Assembly (NCBI GenBank): GCA_907165135.1
Contig: OU015569.1
Span: 10,540,001-10,604,000, forward strand
Source: Oikopleura dioica
Lineage: Eukaryota > Animalia > Chordata
Direction: 5' to 3'
DNA: 64,000 nucleotides
The translations under genes were made by a program, and so were the position numbers. Below, piece by piece: positions 11,901 through 22,127 of the stretch (position 1 is the first letter of the stretch; each line of letters starts with the position of its first letter). The notes below the pieces were generated by a model. That model saw only the letters and a program-made list of their open reading frames with translations. It was not told the origin of the DNA and did no database searches.

Positions 11901-13321
11901 CGGCTTCTGCTTTCGCATATTGTTCCAAATAGTAGGCAGATGTGACGTCGAGGAGGCTTTCATTCCATTCGATGTCGACGACAATATCAACATTCAGAGT
12001 GACAGCGGTTTCGACGACGACAGTTACTTCAGAAGTCATCTTAAGCGCAAAGGACGAGACGTCAATAAGATGAAGTTCGAGGTAATCGTAGCCAAGGATG
12101 GTTTCGAAGTTGAGCTGGAAGGAGCACATAACAAGATCACCTTCCAAATAAAATTCCATAGACATAAACGAGAAACTGTAGTCGGCAAAAACGGCCAAAA
12201 TCAGTTCCTATTAGCGAGTTAAAAGCAGGTACTAGAGTGTGAATAATTAGGCTAAGCAATTGAGGTCGTTTACGAGCCGGCAAATTAACCGTGCATCTTT
12301 ACTGCTTATTCAACTCTCTCCTTTTTCTCGGTGTAAATTTCGGAGTCAACAACTAAAAGACTAGCATCCCATTCAAAAGTGCATTCGGCTTGGAACTCTA
12401 CAGCAACAATTTCGACTTCTGGGACAAAGCACTCCCAGCAGAGGGAGAATGGAGAAGCAACACCCTTCTCTTCAACAGCAAGGGATACATCAAAGTCGTT
12501 GGTTTCGATGAAAGTGGCATTTTCCGACCACTCTTCAAGGGTCACGTTTCCAATAGTAATATTAGCTGAAAGATATATAATATATCATATATTATGTAAC
12601 CTGTCAGACAAAAGTATAATTAAAAGCTTATTTAACGAGCCGCTGTCTATTTTTTGGACAAACTATATATTTTATTACTTCAAAGCCCAAGCGATACGCT
12701 TTTATCAAGTTTAGCTGCTTAGCTACTGTAGCTTACCGAATTCTGGGAAATCATCAGTGCTGTTGAAGGTAACGTCAACACCAAAGCTGCAGTTGGTCTT
12801 GACCATCCAGAAAGTGTTGTAAAGACCATCGTCGGCCAAGCAGCCTTCGGTCTGGAGCTCTTTGCAAGTGTAGTTAAACGCGAATCCGTCGTCGTTTTCA
12901 CTGCTGTCCGAGGTAAACAAAACGGTGAAGTTAGCGCTCAAGTCGAGGGTGATGTTCTGCTCTCCGGTGTATTTCCAACTGATATTAGCGACATCATCTC
13001 GGATCAAAACAAAATCGTGGCCATCTTCGATTGCAAAAGAAGAGGATGTCAGTTCAACGGTGTCACAGGTAGTTGCGACGCACCATTCTACTTTGTGGTG
13101 GTCTGGGTATTCAGTCAATTCAATAAGTCCCTAATATATCATTAGTTTTGATCTCTTAGTCTTCGCTGTCTTTACTTTTGAAAAAAATATATATAATATC
13201 TCTCATATATAAGCATAGTTCTCTCTCCTCCAGATACACTTACTTCATCCTCTGTAAGTTCGTGATGAACTCCATTGGCAAGGATAGTACCGAGCAAAAA
13301 CGAGAAAATCTGGGTCCTCAT
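8903..13321 (-). CDS. GPI-anchored mucin-like glycoprotein: signal peptide, CUB, SEA-like repeats, poly-Thr, SEA-like repeats, RKRR, GPI signal
   Basis: Starts MRTQIFSFLLGTILA. CUB-like exon (12.7-13.1 kb: FAIEDGHDFV, FTSDSSENDDGF). Acidic repeats with W..L...S..Y/F. Thr exon 9.9-10.58 kb. Ends NSSESKFMASIVTILAAVLLF* (stop at 8903-8905). Confidence 0.8.
9940..10578 (-). repeat. Coding ACN trinucleotide repeat giving ~210 almost uninterrupted Thr codons, with 27-nt higher-order subunits
   Basis: The plus strand is continuous GTN. The minus frame ACA/ACT/ACG/ACC starts at acceptor CTCTTAG|ACA. The unit GTAGTCGTAGTAGTCGTAGTTGTTGTT repeats in tandem at ~10240-10520. Confidence 0.95.
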
Positions 13322-13656
13322 CTTCGTTGTCGATGAGAACTCGGCTATCTGAGGTCCTCAAGAAGCATCGCATGTTGAGAAGAGTACTTTACGACTAAGA
13401 AGGAATTTTTATGCACCCTCTCGCAATTAAACCATCGGCTTTTTTTGTAGAAAACGATCTTCATAAAAATGTTTGCGACGTCCTTTATGGTTCAAGTTTG
13501 AAAACTAACGAATCATCAATTCACGAATATACATTGTAGGTGTCCACCAGGGATGGAACTATTGCCGATAAAGTCGTCGATATTAATTCACGCATAAATA
13601 TCTTAATGTATTCAAAATGTATGTACAGTTGATTTACAAATGAGTTAAATCGGCAA

Positions 13657-16600
13657 TCAACACATAGGACGGGAGAGGTGAATTGCCGCTGGGAATGCTC
13701 GAGCTCCGTGTTTCACTTTTTGGGAGTTCAGAATATTTTTTAAAGAAAAGTATCGTCTATATAAAACAGACTATATACAAATAAACGTTCAATTCAAAAA
13801 AATATGAAATTTTTGAACTGTTTCCTGAAAGGGTTTCTGTCTGGTTATTTCTGTAAATTTGCACTGGCGAGAAAGTGAAGCCGTCTCCGACGATAAATAT
13901 TCCTCCATTAGGAAGTGCAACAGATGCATGATGCGAGCGTGCACGCATCAATGGTGGCATCGTTGACCACTTTTCCGCATCTTTTCCTAGCATGTAAACC
14001 TGTGGCGACTGGCCCATCACTCCAAGGTCAGCGTTAGAGCCGCCGATCACGAAAATATCGCCGTTAACATCATGAGCAGAATGACTTGAAATTCTTTCTG
14101 GCAGAGACGGACCTGCTGTCCAAGCGCCATTCTACAGTTCACTCATCAAATAAGCTGTTTTTATCTAAGTCATCTTAACCTGATAGTGCTCGACTTTGTT
14201 ATTTCTTCCTTCTTTTGGTGAAATGCCACCAAGAAGAGTGAGGCCTCGTTGATTATGAACCATGGCGGCGTACGAATGTGGGAAAAGCGTGTATCCTTCA
14301 TCCTTCATATTGAAATCTTCGTCGTAGCTCTCGCAGCTGAAAGGATCGTCGCGTGAGCCGCATACCCAGATTCGATCGTCTCGTACTGCACAACTAAGAT
14401 AACCAAATTTTTATAGAGAGTAAATTGGCCTTTGAGTACCTGTGAACACGATATCTCTTCTCCAAGCGGACTCGGACGGGGATTATGTCACAGCCACGAA
14501 TTTCAAACACTTGGTTCATCGTGTTCCAACCACCAATCACGAAGATGCGGTTGTTGAAGGGAACCACACAATGAGCAGTCAGAGATAGAAAAAGGTCAAA
14601 ATATTTTAAATATCTTTCTATTTTTGTATCTTTGTAACTATCTATTTATCTACTTGTAACGTGAAATGACCATTTTGACCCAAAACTGGCATTCGAACAC
14701 GCGTGCCCAAATCGATCTCCTGTTCGAAGTCGTTCTCGTAGTCGATCAAAGAGACGTTAAGCTTGTGACCATTGCCGCCCAGAACCATAACTTTAATTAT
14801 TTGCACTCAAAAGCTGTAATTATTATCGCGTTCATTTACCGCAGTTGCACTGTTCGCGCTCATAATAATCTCCCGGGCAGCCTGAGCCGTCGCACTCTCG
14901 GAATCGTTCTTTGATTCCGCAAGCCTAAAACATCGTTTCAAATTTTGAGCTTCTTTTGGAAAATACAAGTACCTTTTGTTCTTTCGTGTCCTCGTCAATG
15001 CAAGATGACCAGCTTGACCACTCAAGCCAGGATGAACAGGAATTTGTGTTGCATTCTTGAACTTGGATGTTATCTCCTGGTCCACAATCACCGTCACAAG
15101 ATCGAGTTCTATGGTAAAATTAGATACAATAAACGACTCGTGAAGAAAAGTCCACCTTATCTGTCTTCCACCTTCGCACGAAGCATCACAAGTAGACCAG
15201 CTGCTCCAGTTTGTCCAGGTTGGTTTGCCCCAGCAAGTGAGTGGTCCAAGCGCGATTCTCAGTTGATTAGAACTAGCAATTTCCGTCGCACGAAGCGCTT
15301 TCATAGGAAGTGCTCTTTTGTTCGTGATGGTACCTTCGTCTTCTCCTTCGGAAACGGCATCGCAGTTGCACAAGAAGCCCCCAGAGCACGAGTTTGTCTC
15401 GCCCAAAGCACATTCGCACCCAGAACCAGAATCACCAGAAAAGTACTTGTTTAGCGAACCATCACTTCCATACCACGAAAGTCTGTCAGAGACGGAGGAG
15501 GAAGAGCATTTCATGAAAATCACCTGCTCACAGCTTCCAAAAGTTGTCTCAGATGGAGTCATTAAAATTTCTATATAAATTGCACTAAGAAAAATCAGGA
15601 TTTCGATTAAAATTTAAGATATTTGGAGAATATTATTTTTGCATTTTTGATTCCTTGACTGAATAGAGTCGATTTCTCTGTCCGAAAAACCATATGTAAC
15701 ATTTTTAGGCAAACATGGACTATTGTCTTCTCCGCCACAAGTATCAGCGTTGATAACAAGCGGTTCAAATCCTGCTTCTGCAAATGGAAAGATGGTCTTC
15801 CCACTTGCAAAATCACAGTAGACACCAATAGTGTTCTCTGAGTTCTCAAGTCGAATCAGGTATTTGCCAGAATCATCTTCCGATAAACCTCTTGCTTGGA
15901 GCTCGTCGCAGCTCGTGGGCAACTGCCACATGACTTTAGCTATGTTCGTGAATTCCCTCTGCGGCATAAAGTCCATCTCTACTTCTGCAGCTGGAGCATT
16001 TGAAATCGAAGATCTAGCGAGGCCGAACACTTTTTCTAAGACAGGTCCGATCGTGTCTGAAAGCGATCGTGGTGGAGAAGACTTCTTCGTCGAGGAAATT
16101 TTTCGTTCCAAGAAGTTGTACTTGTTCTCCATTTGATTGATTGCATTCCTTTGAAGGGTGAGGATGGACTTTTGCTGCGCTCTGAACTGGTTGAACTCTT
16201 CTCTAACTCTTCGCATGTGACTATCGCGCGCTTGAAAAGCACTCTCAACGCCTTCCAAAGCGTTGTTATGCGTCGACAACTGGTCCATCATGATAAGGAC
16301 GCCTTCTTCTAACTTTGCTACTCTCTCCGAGTTTTCTTCCATCAAACTTGTGTCAATAAACCTTGTCTGAACCTGTACAGGCGCTTCAGTAGTTGTAGTC
16401 GTCGTTGAACTCGTGGTAGTCGAGGTCGTTTCTTCAGTCGTTGTTTGCACCACCGCGACCTCCGTCGAAGCCATCTCTGTGAGCTCATCGACGGCTTCCT
16501 CTAATAATGCGACGCGCTCGGAGAGCTCTTGGTTTTCTTGAATAACTCTGTTTACGCGTCGTTTTATCAAAAGATTTTCTTCCATGATTTCACGAATCAG

Positions 16601-16847
16601 GTTTCCTACATCTTCCAGGCTTTCGAACTCTTCGAAATCTGAGATTGCATCGTCCTTCAAGATTATTATAAAGCACATAAATACTCTCACGGATAATATT
16701 TAAAAAGATATAAAATAATTCAAAAATAATCAAAATTAATAATTTTGCTAATACATATTAGATCACCTGTATTCTTCTATTTCTGTCCTTCCTATCTCTT
16801 TGCCCAGCTGTTCCGAGAATCAAATAAAAGAGCAAAAACAGTCGCAT
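13657..16847 (-). CDS. Secreted mosaic protein: coiled coil, Thr linker, fibrinogen-like/Caspr-type module, TSP1 repeats, Kelch repeats
   Basis: Exon 1 MRLFLLFYLILGTAG splices in phase 0 to DDAISDF. Then LPTSCDEL..VYCDF, CECALGETNSC...CNCDA...LGPLTCWG, WSSWSTCDASCEGGRQ.R, and in-frame short introns into Kelch blades (IFVIGG, IFVIGGS, RSHHASVAL). Ends AIHLSRPMC*. Confidence 0.75.
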
Positions 16848-18653
16848 CTCTTAATCTTCTGCGTCTCTGCCTTTCTCTCGCAAGCTGGAAAATTTCCTCT
16901 TGCTCTTTTTAGAGAAAAATGTTAAGCTGCAATATGGGATAGAAATCACCATTCGGTCATCAACAAAAACGCGCACGGTGGCGCTACATCTCGTCGCGAG
17001 TTATCGCGACCCGTGGGCTCAAAAGCGAACACCATTTTTAACTGCTCTTTTACTGATTTCATAGTCTGACGTCTATGCTTTCACGAAAAAGAAAAATGCA
17101 TTGAAGAAATATATCAATTTTGCTCTGTACTACTTATTTTGTACACAAGGCAATCACCACGTGATGTTTGTCTTCAATAAATTTTAAATATGAAAAAATA
17201 CCTTCTTTTATGATCGTATGATTATTTATATACATTATAAGAATATAATATATAAATTATATAATATTATACGCGATCCTCAGGTTGAAATACATTCGAA
17301 CAAGAATTATACATAGAATGGCTCGCTGCAACTTATACTTGTAACGATTGCACACCATTACCTCAAACAGTCTCAACTTCACTACAGTTGTAGTGTTGTT
17401 TATTTTTAGTTTTTTGCCGTAGACTTTTAGGGAGGAAAAATCTCAAAGGTGGCAAAAAGGAAGAAAAGGTCGAGTTAACTTGTGAGCAAATATTATTTCT
17501 TATTCTAATTATGATAAATATTGCGTGTTGCTTGCCTCTCGAAAACCACAGAAAGGCTCGGTGGAATAGAAGCTCGCTCCATTTTGCCACTTCCTCGGCG
17601 ACCACATGAAATAAACTTTTGCCTAAATAACCTCTTACTCGTAAACCTAACGTTGTCTAACTATAACTCTAAATGCGAATTTAATACCATAAACTAAACA
17701 AAAAACGAATAAGCGGCCACAAAGATTTGTTAGTTTTTGAAAAGGAGATCGAGTTCAAACATCCGCTTTCTGTCTACTCCCGTCAAAGAATCCCCGCTTT
17801 TTTCATCAAGTCTTGATCTCTAAACATTTTCCTTAGGGGATGTGGGAATAAAAAATGAGGTTGAAAAGTACGGGATACATTTCCAGCGCTGCGGGTGATC
17901 TACTTTTGACAGGTTTGCTATTTTGCTCTGACCACAAAATAGTCTCGTCGCAAATCTGCTAATGAAGTAATGTGTCCATCATCCAACCGAATTAGAGCTT
18001 AACCTTAGACTCCAACTCATGTTTTAGTTTAGATGGTTTTTGGGGGGTCTTTTTTCGAGAAAATCAAGTTTAGATTTTCAATTTCTTCTCAATAATGACT
18101 AGAGCACTGAAAGCATCTGTTTCCGTATCATACTATTTAAAAACTAATATTCAACAAAGATTTTATACTTAAAATCGACAGTCACGGTCAGTGTCGCGAT
18201 TTGATAAGTGCGTGACTTATCTATTGAGGAACTATGCGTTTGGCCTTTTGAACGGTTGTACCGCCCTTCATGGCCAACATTTTAATATTTTCGGTGGCGA
18301 AATCTGCACAAGGATTAGCCGCTTCCCAACTGAAAGCGTTGACGTAAGCGTGACCGCTCTTTAGAGGTTAAACCCTGGTCAACAAATCAAAAAAGAAAGT
18401 AAACTGACAACTGGGAGACCGATTCGCGCAACCCGCAAATATCAACGGAAATGAAAATTGAACAGTTTGGAGCGGAAACTTTCTCAGACTAGACCTATCC
18501 TTTCAGACATGCTCATTTCTCGCATATTGCCAAACTATTTTAATTTGTGGTAGTTTTTATTACAGACAGTGTGTATTTTTCTAAGCAGAGGAAACTTTTC
18601 AACAGAAATTTTCAAGTTTGCTTTTCTTCGTTTTCAAATTGTAAGTGGGCGTT

Positions 18654-19601
18654 TTAGTCAAAGCCGTTCATGTCGGTGTCGACGAGGACTCGGTTGCCGT
18701 TGCTATCAGTGCGATAGGTGCGGTAGACGTTCTGGACAACGGGTTGGACAGTTTGAGGCTCACATGGGACGCGTGGCTGGTTCATCATCATGTAGAAAAT
18801 GAGGTTGTCGTTGGAGGACTCGTTGGAGATCAAAAATAAAGGCAGGATTTGATCGGTCGTGAACGTCGTTCCTGGCGCCTGTGACTGCATCGCCATCATG
18901 ATGATCAGCAAGTCTCTGTCCATAAAGGAGTTGTCGCTGCTGCTGGTGGAAGTAGTGGAGGAGTCATCGTTGAAATTGTCGAGGAGGAGGAGAGGCAAGA
19001 GCATGTTAAAGTTGTTGTCGAATGCTTGCGCGCTATCGAGACCGCCGGTCATTGTGTTGAGCAGCACCATCATCATGATCATTTCGCTGTCATCATCTCC
19101 AGTGCTGTCGTCGTCGATGAGGAGCATGAGTGGGAGAACAGCGTCCATTTGCACAGAGGCCCGTCCCATTGTCTGGAACATGAGGAGCATGAGAAGATTC
19201 TGCTTGCGCGATTTAGCACTGCCGCTGTCGTTGAGCATCAAAAGCGGCAGCATCGTTTGCAACTGGTTGTTCGTGTTGATTGTGCAGGTCTTTTGGACCA
19301 TCGAGGTGTAGAGGAAGAGAGTAGTCATATCGAGCGCGGTGCCATTGGTGTTACTGTCGTCGTCAAGGAGCAAAAGTGGAAGGATGGAAGTGCTGTCCGC
19401 CAAGTTGCCTCCTTGCATCATCATCAACATCAGCATTTCCGAGTTTTGAAGGGAAGTGTTGTCGTTGAGAAGCAAAATGGGAAGCAGTTGGTTCATCTGC
19501 GTCTGTTGCTGCGGATTGTTTGCCTGGTTGGCGATCATGATTGCCAGAAGATTCTCATCGAGCGCAGTCGCTAAGGCGAAAAAAGCGCTAAAAACTTTCA
19601 T
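18654..19601 (-). CDS. Intronless secreted Met/Leu-rich repeat protein (315 aa)
   Basis: Single ORF with signal peptide MKVFSAFFALATA and six LP(L/I)(L/M/F)L motifs alternating with Asp/Ser linkers and Met-rich segments. No recognisable family. Confidence 0.85.
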   Translation of the reverse strand: MKVFSAFFALATALDENLLAIMIANQANNPQQQTQMNQLLPILLLNDNTSLQNSEMLMLMMMQGGNLADSTSILPLLLLDDDSNTNGTALDMTTLFLYTSMVQKTCTINTNNQLQTMLPLLMLNDSGSAKSRKQNLLMLLMFQTMGRASVQMDAVLPLMLLIDDDSTGDDDSEMIMMMVLLNTMTGGLDSAQAFDNNFNMLLPLLLLDNFNDDSSTTSTSSSDNSFMDRDLLIIMMAMQSQAPGTTFTTDQILPLFLISNESSNDNLIFYMMMNQPRVPCEPQTVQPVVQNVYRTYRTDSNGNRVLVDTDMNGFD

Positions 19602-20347
19602 TCTTTTTGCTGATTTTTGGTGTTTTTCTCTCTAAGCTCAAGTCTTATTGAAAATGAGATGAGGAGAAACAGTGTCAAGTGGGTTTTATATGAAGGGATT
19701 CTAGTGCTGCCATGTAGTGGCCGTAGCTATCCGGCTGGAAAGTTTTAACTAGATGTTTTGGGAGACTTTGAAAATTCGATTATCCTAAGAAAACAAATAT
19801 CGGTTTTGATATGGGCTGTTGAGCAGACGGCTTCAGTTCCAAGGAAGATGCTTATTTTCGTTTGTTGCAAAACAGGTTTCGTGAACCAAACTATCCATGC
19901 ATGAAATCAAGTGTTCACCCGAATTTGCGAATTTAGAAATTCTCATGGATATACTTTACCTAGCTTGGTATCGGTAGGAAAAATGATGCTTCCAACTGAC
20001 CTAAATTTCAGTTGTTTGAAAAGAAAAGCACGTGGCCACTTTTTTGATAGAGTACTTTTGATGGAGTGTGCGCCTAATTCGGTTGTTATCAGCACGAGTC
20101 TAACCAGACCTCGAAACAGAGCTAGGCACTCTTTCACTTTCAGATCCTTTTTGACCGAGTTAGAGCCATCTTCTAGGGATGGATTTAAATCTCGCTGAAT
20201 CTGGCCAGAACATTAGAGGTGATATTTCACAAAATAACTTTTCAGTAACGAAGTAAATTAGAGAATGGATGCGATTACTATTCGGAAAATGCAGAGTCCT
20301 GGCAACTGTCTGGAAGAACTCTCCCGCCAATTTTGAGCTTTTCAAAC

Positions 20348-20917
20348 ATGCTTCGTGAAAACGAGCTTGAAAATACCAACCAGGTAACTTTTGAAAAGAA
20401 CAGCTCCCACGATGGGAATACTAGAATTACATTTCCATCTTCAAAAAAGAAAAACTAATTTAGTCAAAATTAACTTTTGCCAATGAAAAATTTCAGATAA
20501 GCTGTCAAAGCCAGATCCAGTACCAGTACAGTATTCCAAATTGCGGCTACCAGCCCCACTGGAATGGTGAGCCGTACCATGCACCTGATGAACAGATGAT
20601 CGAACTTGTACCAGTGGTGGACGACGGCGTTTTGCATCAAATGATTCAAATGGAGCGCACTCAAGTCAACAAGAGCAAACGAAGCAAGGAACGAAGAACC
20701 GCTTCTATTAACTCTGGTAACTTTTCGGAGATAATAAATGTTTAACCAAAGCATTGTAGCTTACAATATTCTCAGAAGCCACATTCCGAACGTCCCTGCC
20801 GAAACAAAGCTGTCCAAAATCAAGACCTTGCGCTACGCTGCGAGTTACATCAAGTACCTCATGGACATTTTAAAAAACGACGATGCAGAGCCAGCTGAAT
20901 TCTCGCCTTCCGACTGA
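20348..20917 (+). CDS. HAND: Hand-family bHLH transcription factor
   Basis: Three exons (introns ~20383-20497 and ~20717-20758) give [63 protein letters not shown] is diagnostic of Hand. Confidence 0.85.
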
Positions 20918-21076
20918 CCCAAATATAAAATCCAAATAAAGTAAACATTTACAAAAGCTTCTTCATTCAATTGCGCGAAATCATGGAAGAGAACTTCGTT
21001 TTTGAAGAGTTTCTAAAAGAAAACTCAATCAGGTGTTTTTGAGTTTGTGGGTGTTTTCAAAAAATCAAGAGCATAC

Positions 21077-21515
21077 GAATCACATGATTGAATCTCTAGA
21101 ACATGTGATCCCATCTTGTGTTTTTCACTTTTTTGTCATTAGTCTCCAACGCCAGTTAGGGGAAAGGAGGGTCCGAAAGCGCAAGAATTACAGGTAATTT
21201 TCGCGATTTTTTAACAAACAAGGTTTTAACTGTATTTTCTTTTCAGATCATGGAGCTGCCTAATGATCAGCAAGAAATCGAGCTCCAAAGAGGAACCCAA
21301 AAGGGGCTCGGGTTCAATATAAGTGGCCATCACGCCATCACCCGCCTCTTGACTCCAAATCGGAGATACCGACACGGAGAAACCAAACCAGAACTCAAAT
21401 TTTCTGTCAATACCTGAATAAAATCAATTTCTCATTCATTACTTTTTTGGAAGGTTCTAAAGAATTTTTCTCAGATTCGAAAGACCTTCCAAAATCTTGT
21501 TGTTTCTTTCTTCGA
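21077..21515 (+). repeat. Copy 1 (solo arm) of a spliced PDZ-fragment repeat unit
   Basis: Homologous to 42195-42620 (+) and 42912-43355 (-). Shares TCTAGA, exon 1, a GT-AG intron (21194-21246), GAAATCGAGCTCCAAAGAGGAAC, CCTGAATAAAATCAATTTC and the 3' tail. Confidence 0.9.
21250..21417 (+). CDS. Candidate 55-aa micropeptide with a PDZ betaA-GLGF fragment
   Basis: MELPNDQQEIELQRGTQKGLGFNISGHHAITRLLTPNRRYRHGETKPELKFSVNT*. The stop overlaps AATAAA. It falls below the 60-aa ORF-track cutoff. Expression is unknown. Confidence 0.4.
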   Translation: MELPNDQQEIELQRGTQKGLGFNISGHHAITRLLTPNRRYRHGETKPELKFSVNT

Positions 21516-22127
21516 TAACTTACAGTAGAATATTCTGAGTGAGTTATTCTTTCTGAGGGAGTAACTGCCTGTAGTCTGTCGGCAATAGAGGTTGAAGCTT
21601 TATCCTTTTTGAGCAGCGCGCGGCGTGGGAGATTTTTGTCCAATCGGCGGCCGTCTTTCTTCAATCCAGAAACTCTCCACTTCTACGTCGACTCCCTCTT
21701 CCCAGGTACAATCCCACTCAGCCTGCAACTGCCTGTAATTGCCATTCATTTCTCCTAAACTTAACAAATAGAGAAGGCTGATTCACGCTTCCATCCAAAT
21801 CAACTTCTATTCAATAATAATTAAACAGAGTCGTCAATTATAGAATATCAATTTTCGGTTGAATTCAATGATTTATCCGCCTTTTCATAAAGTAATCGCT
21901 CTTCAAATTAAGAATTTTTCAATAATTACAGAAAGATTCAAGAAGCATCCAGTAATATTCGATTTTCAGGGAGAATTAATCCTCATTCGGGAGTTTTTCT
22001 GACGATTTCGACTATTTCTTTCTTTCTTACTTGATTTCGACTTGAAAAACAACCCTTTCTCACCCCCATTTTCTTTATTTCCAACGTCTACTTTTCAGGA
22101 TCGACCAAAGAAACAAAGAAAAAGAAA

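Noticed and set aside
18242-18250. GGCCTTTTG resembling the U2 snRNA 5' stem
   Set aside because: Only 9 nt, and the branch-point recognition sequence GTGTAGTA is absent.
18541-18554. 14-nt match TAATTTGTGGTAGT to the U1 snRNA Sm-site region
   Set aside because: No ATACTTACCTG 5' end at the right distance and no terminal GC stem-loop. Best treated as chance.
21407-21760. Minus-strand ORFs overlapping the 3' end of repeat copy 1
   Set aside because: Non-ATG or very short, partly antisense to the repeat tail, with no family signal.
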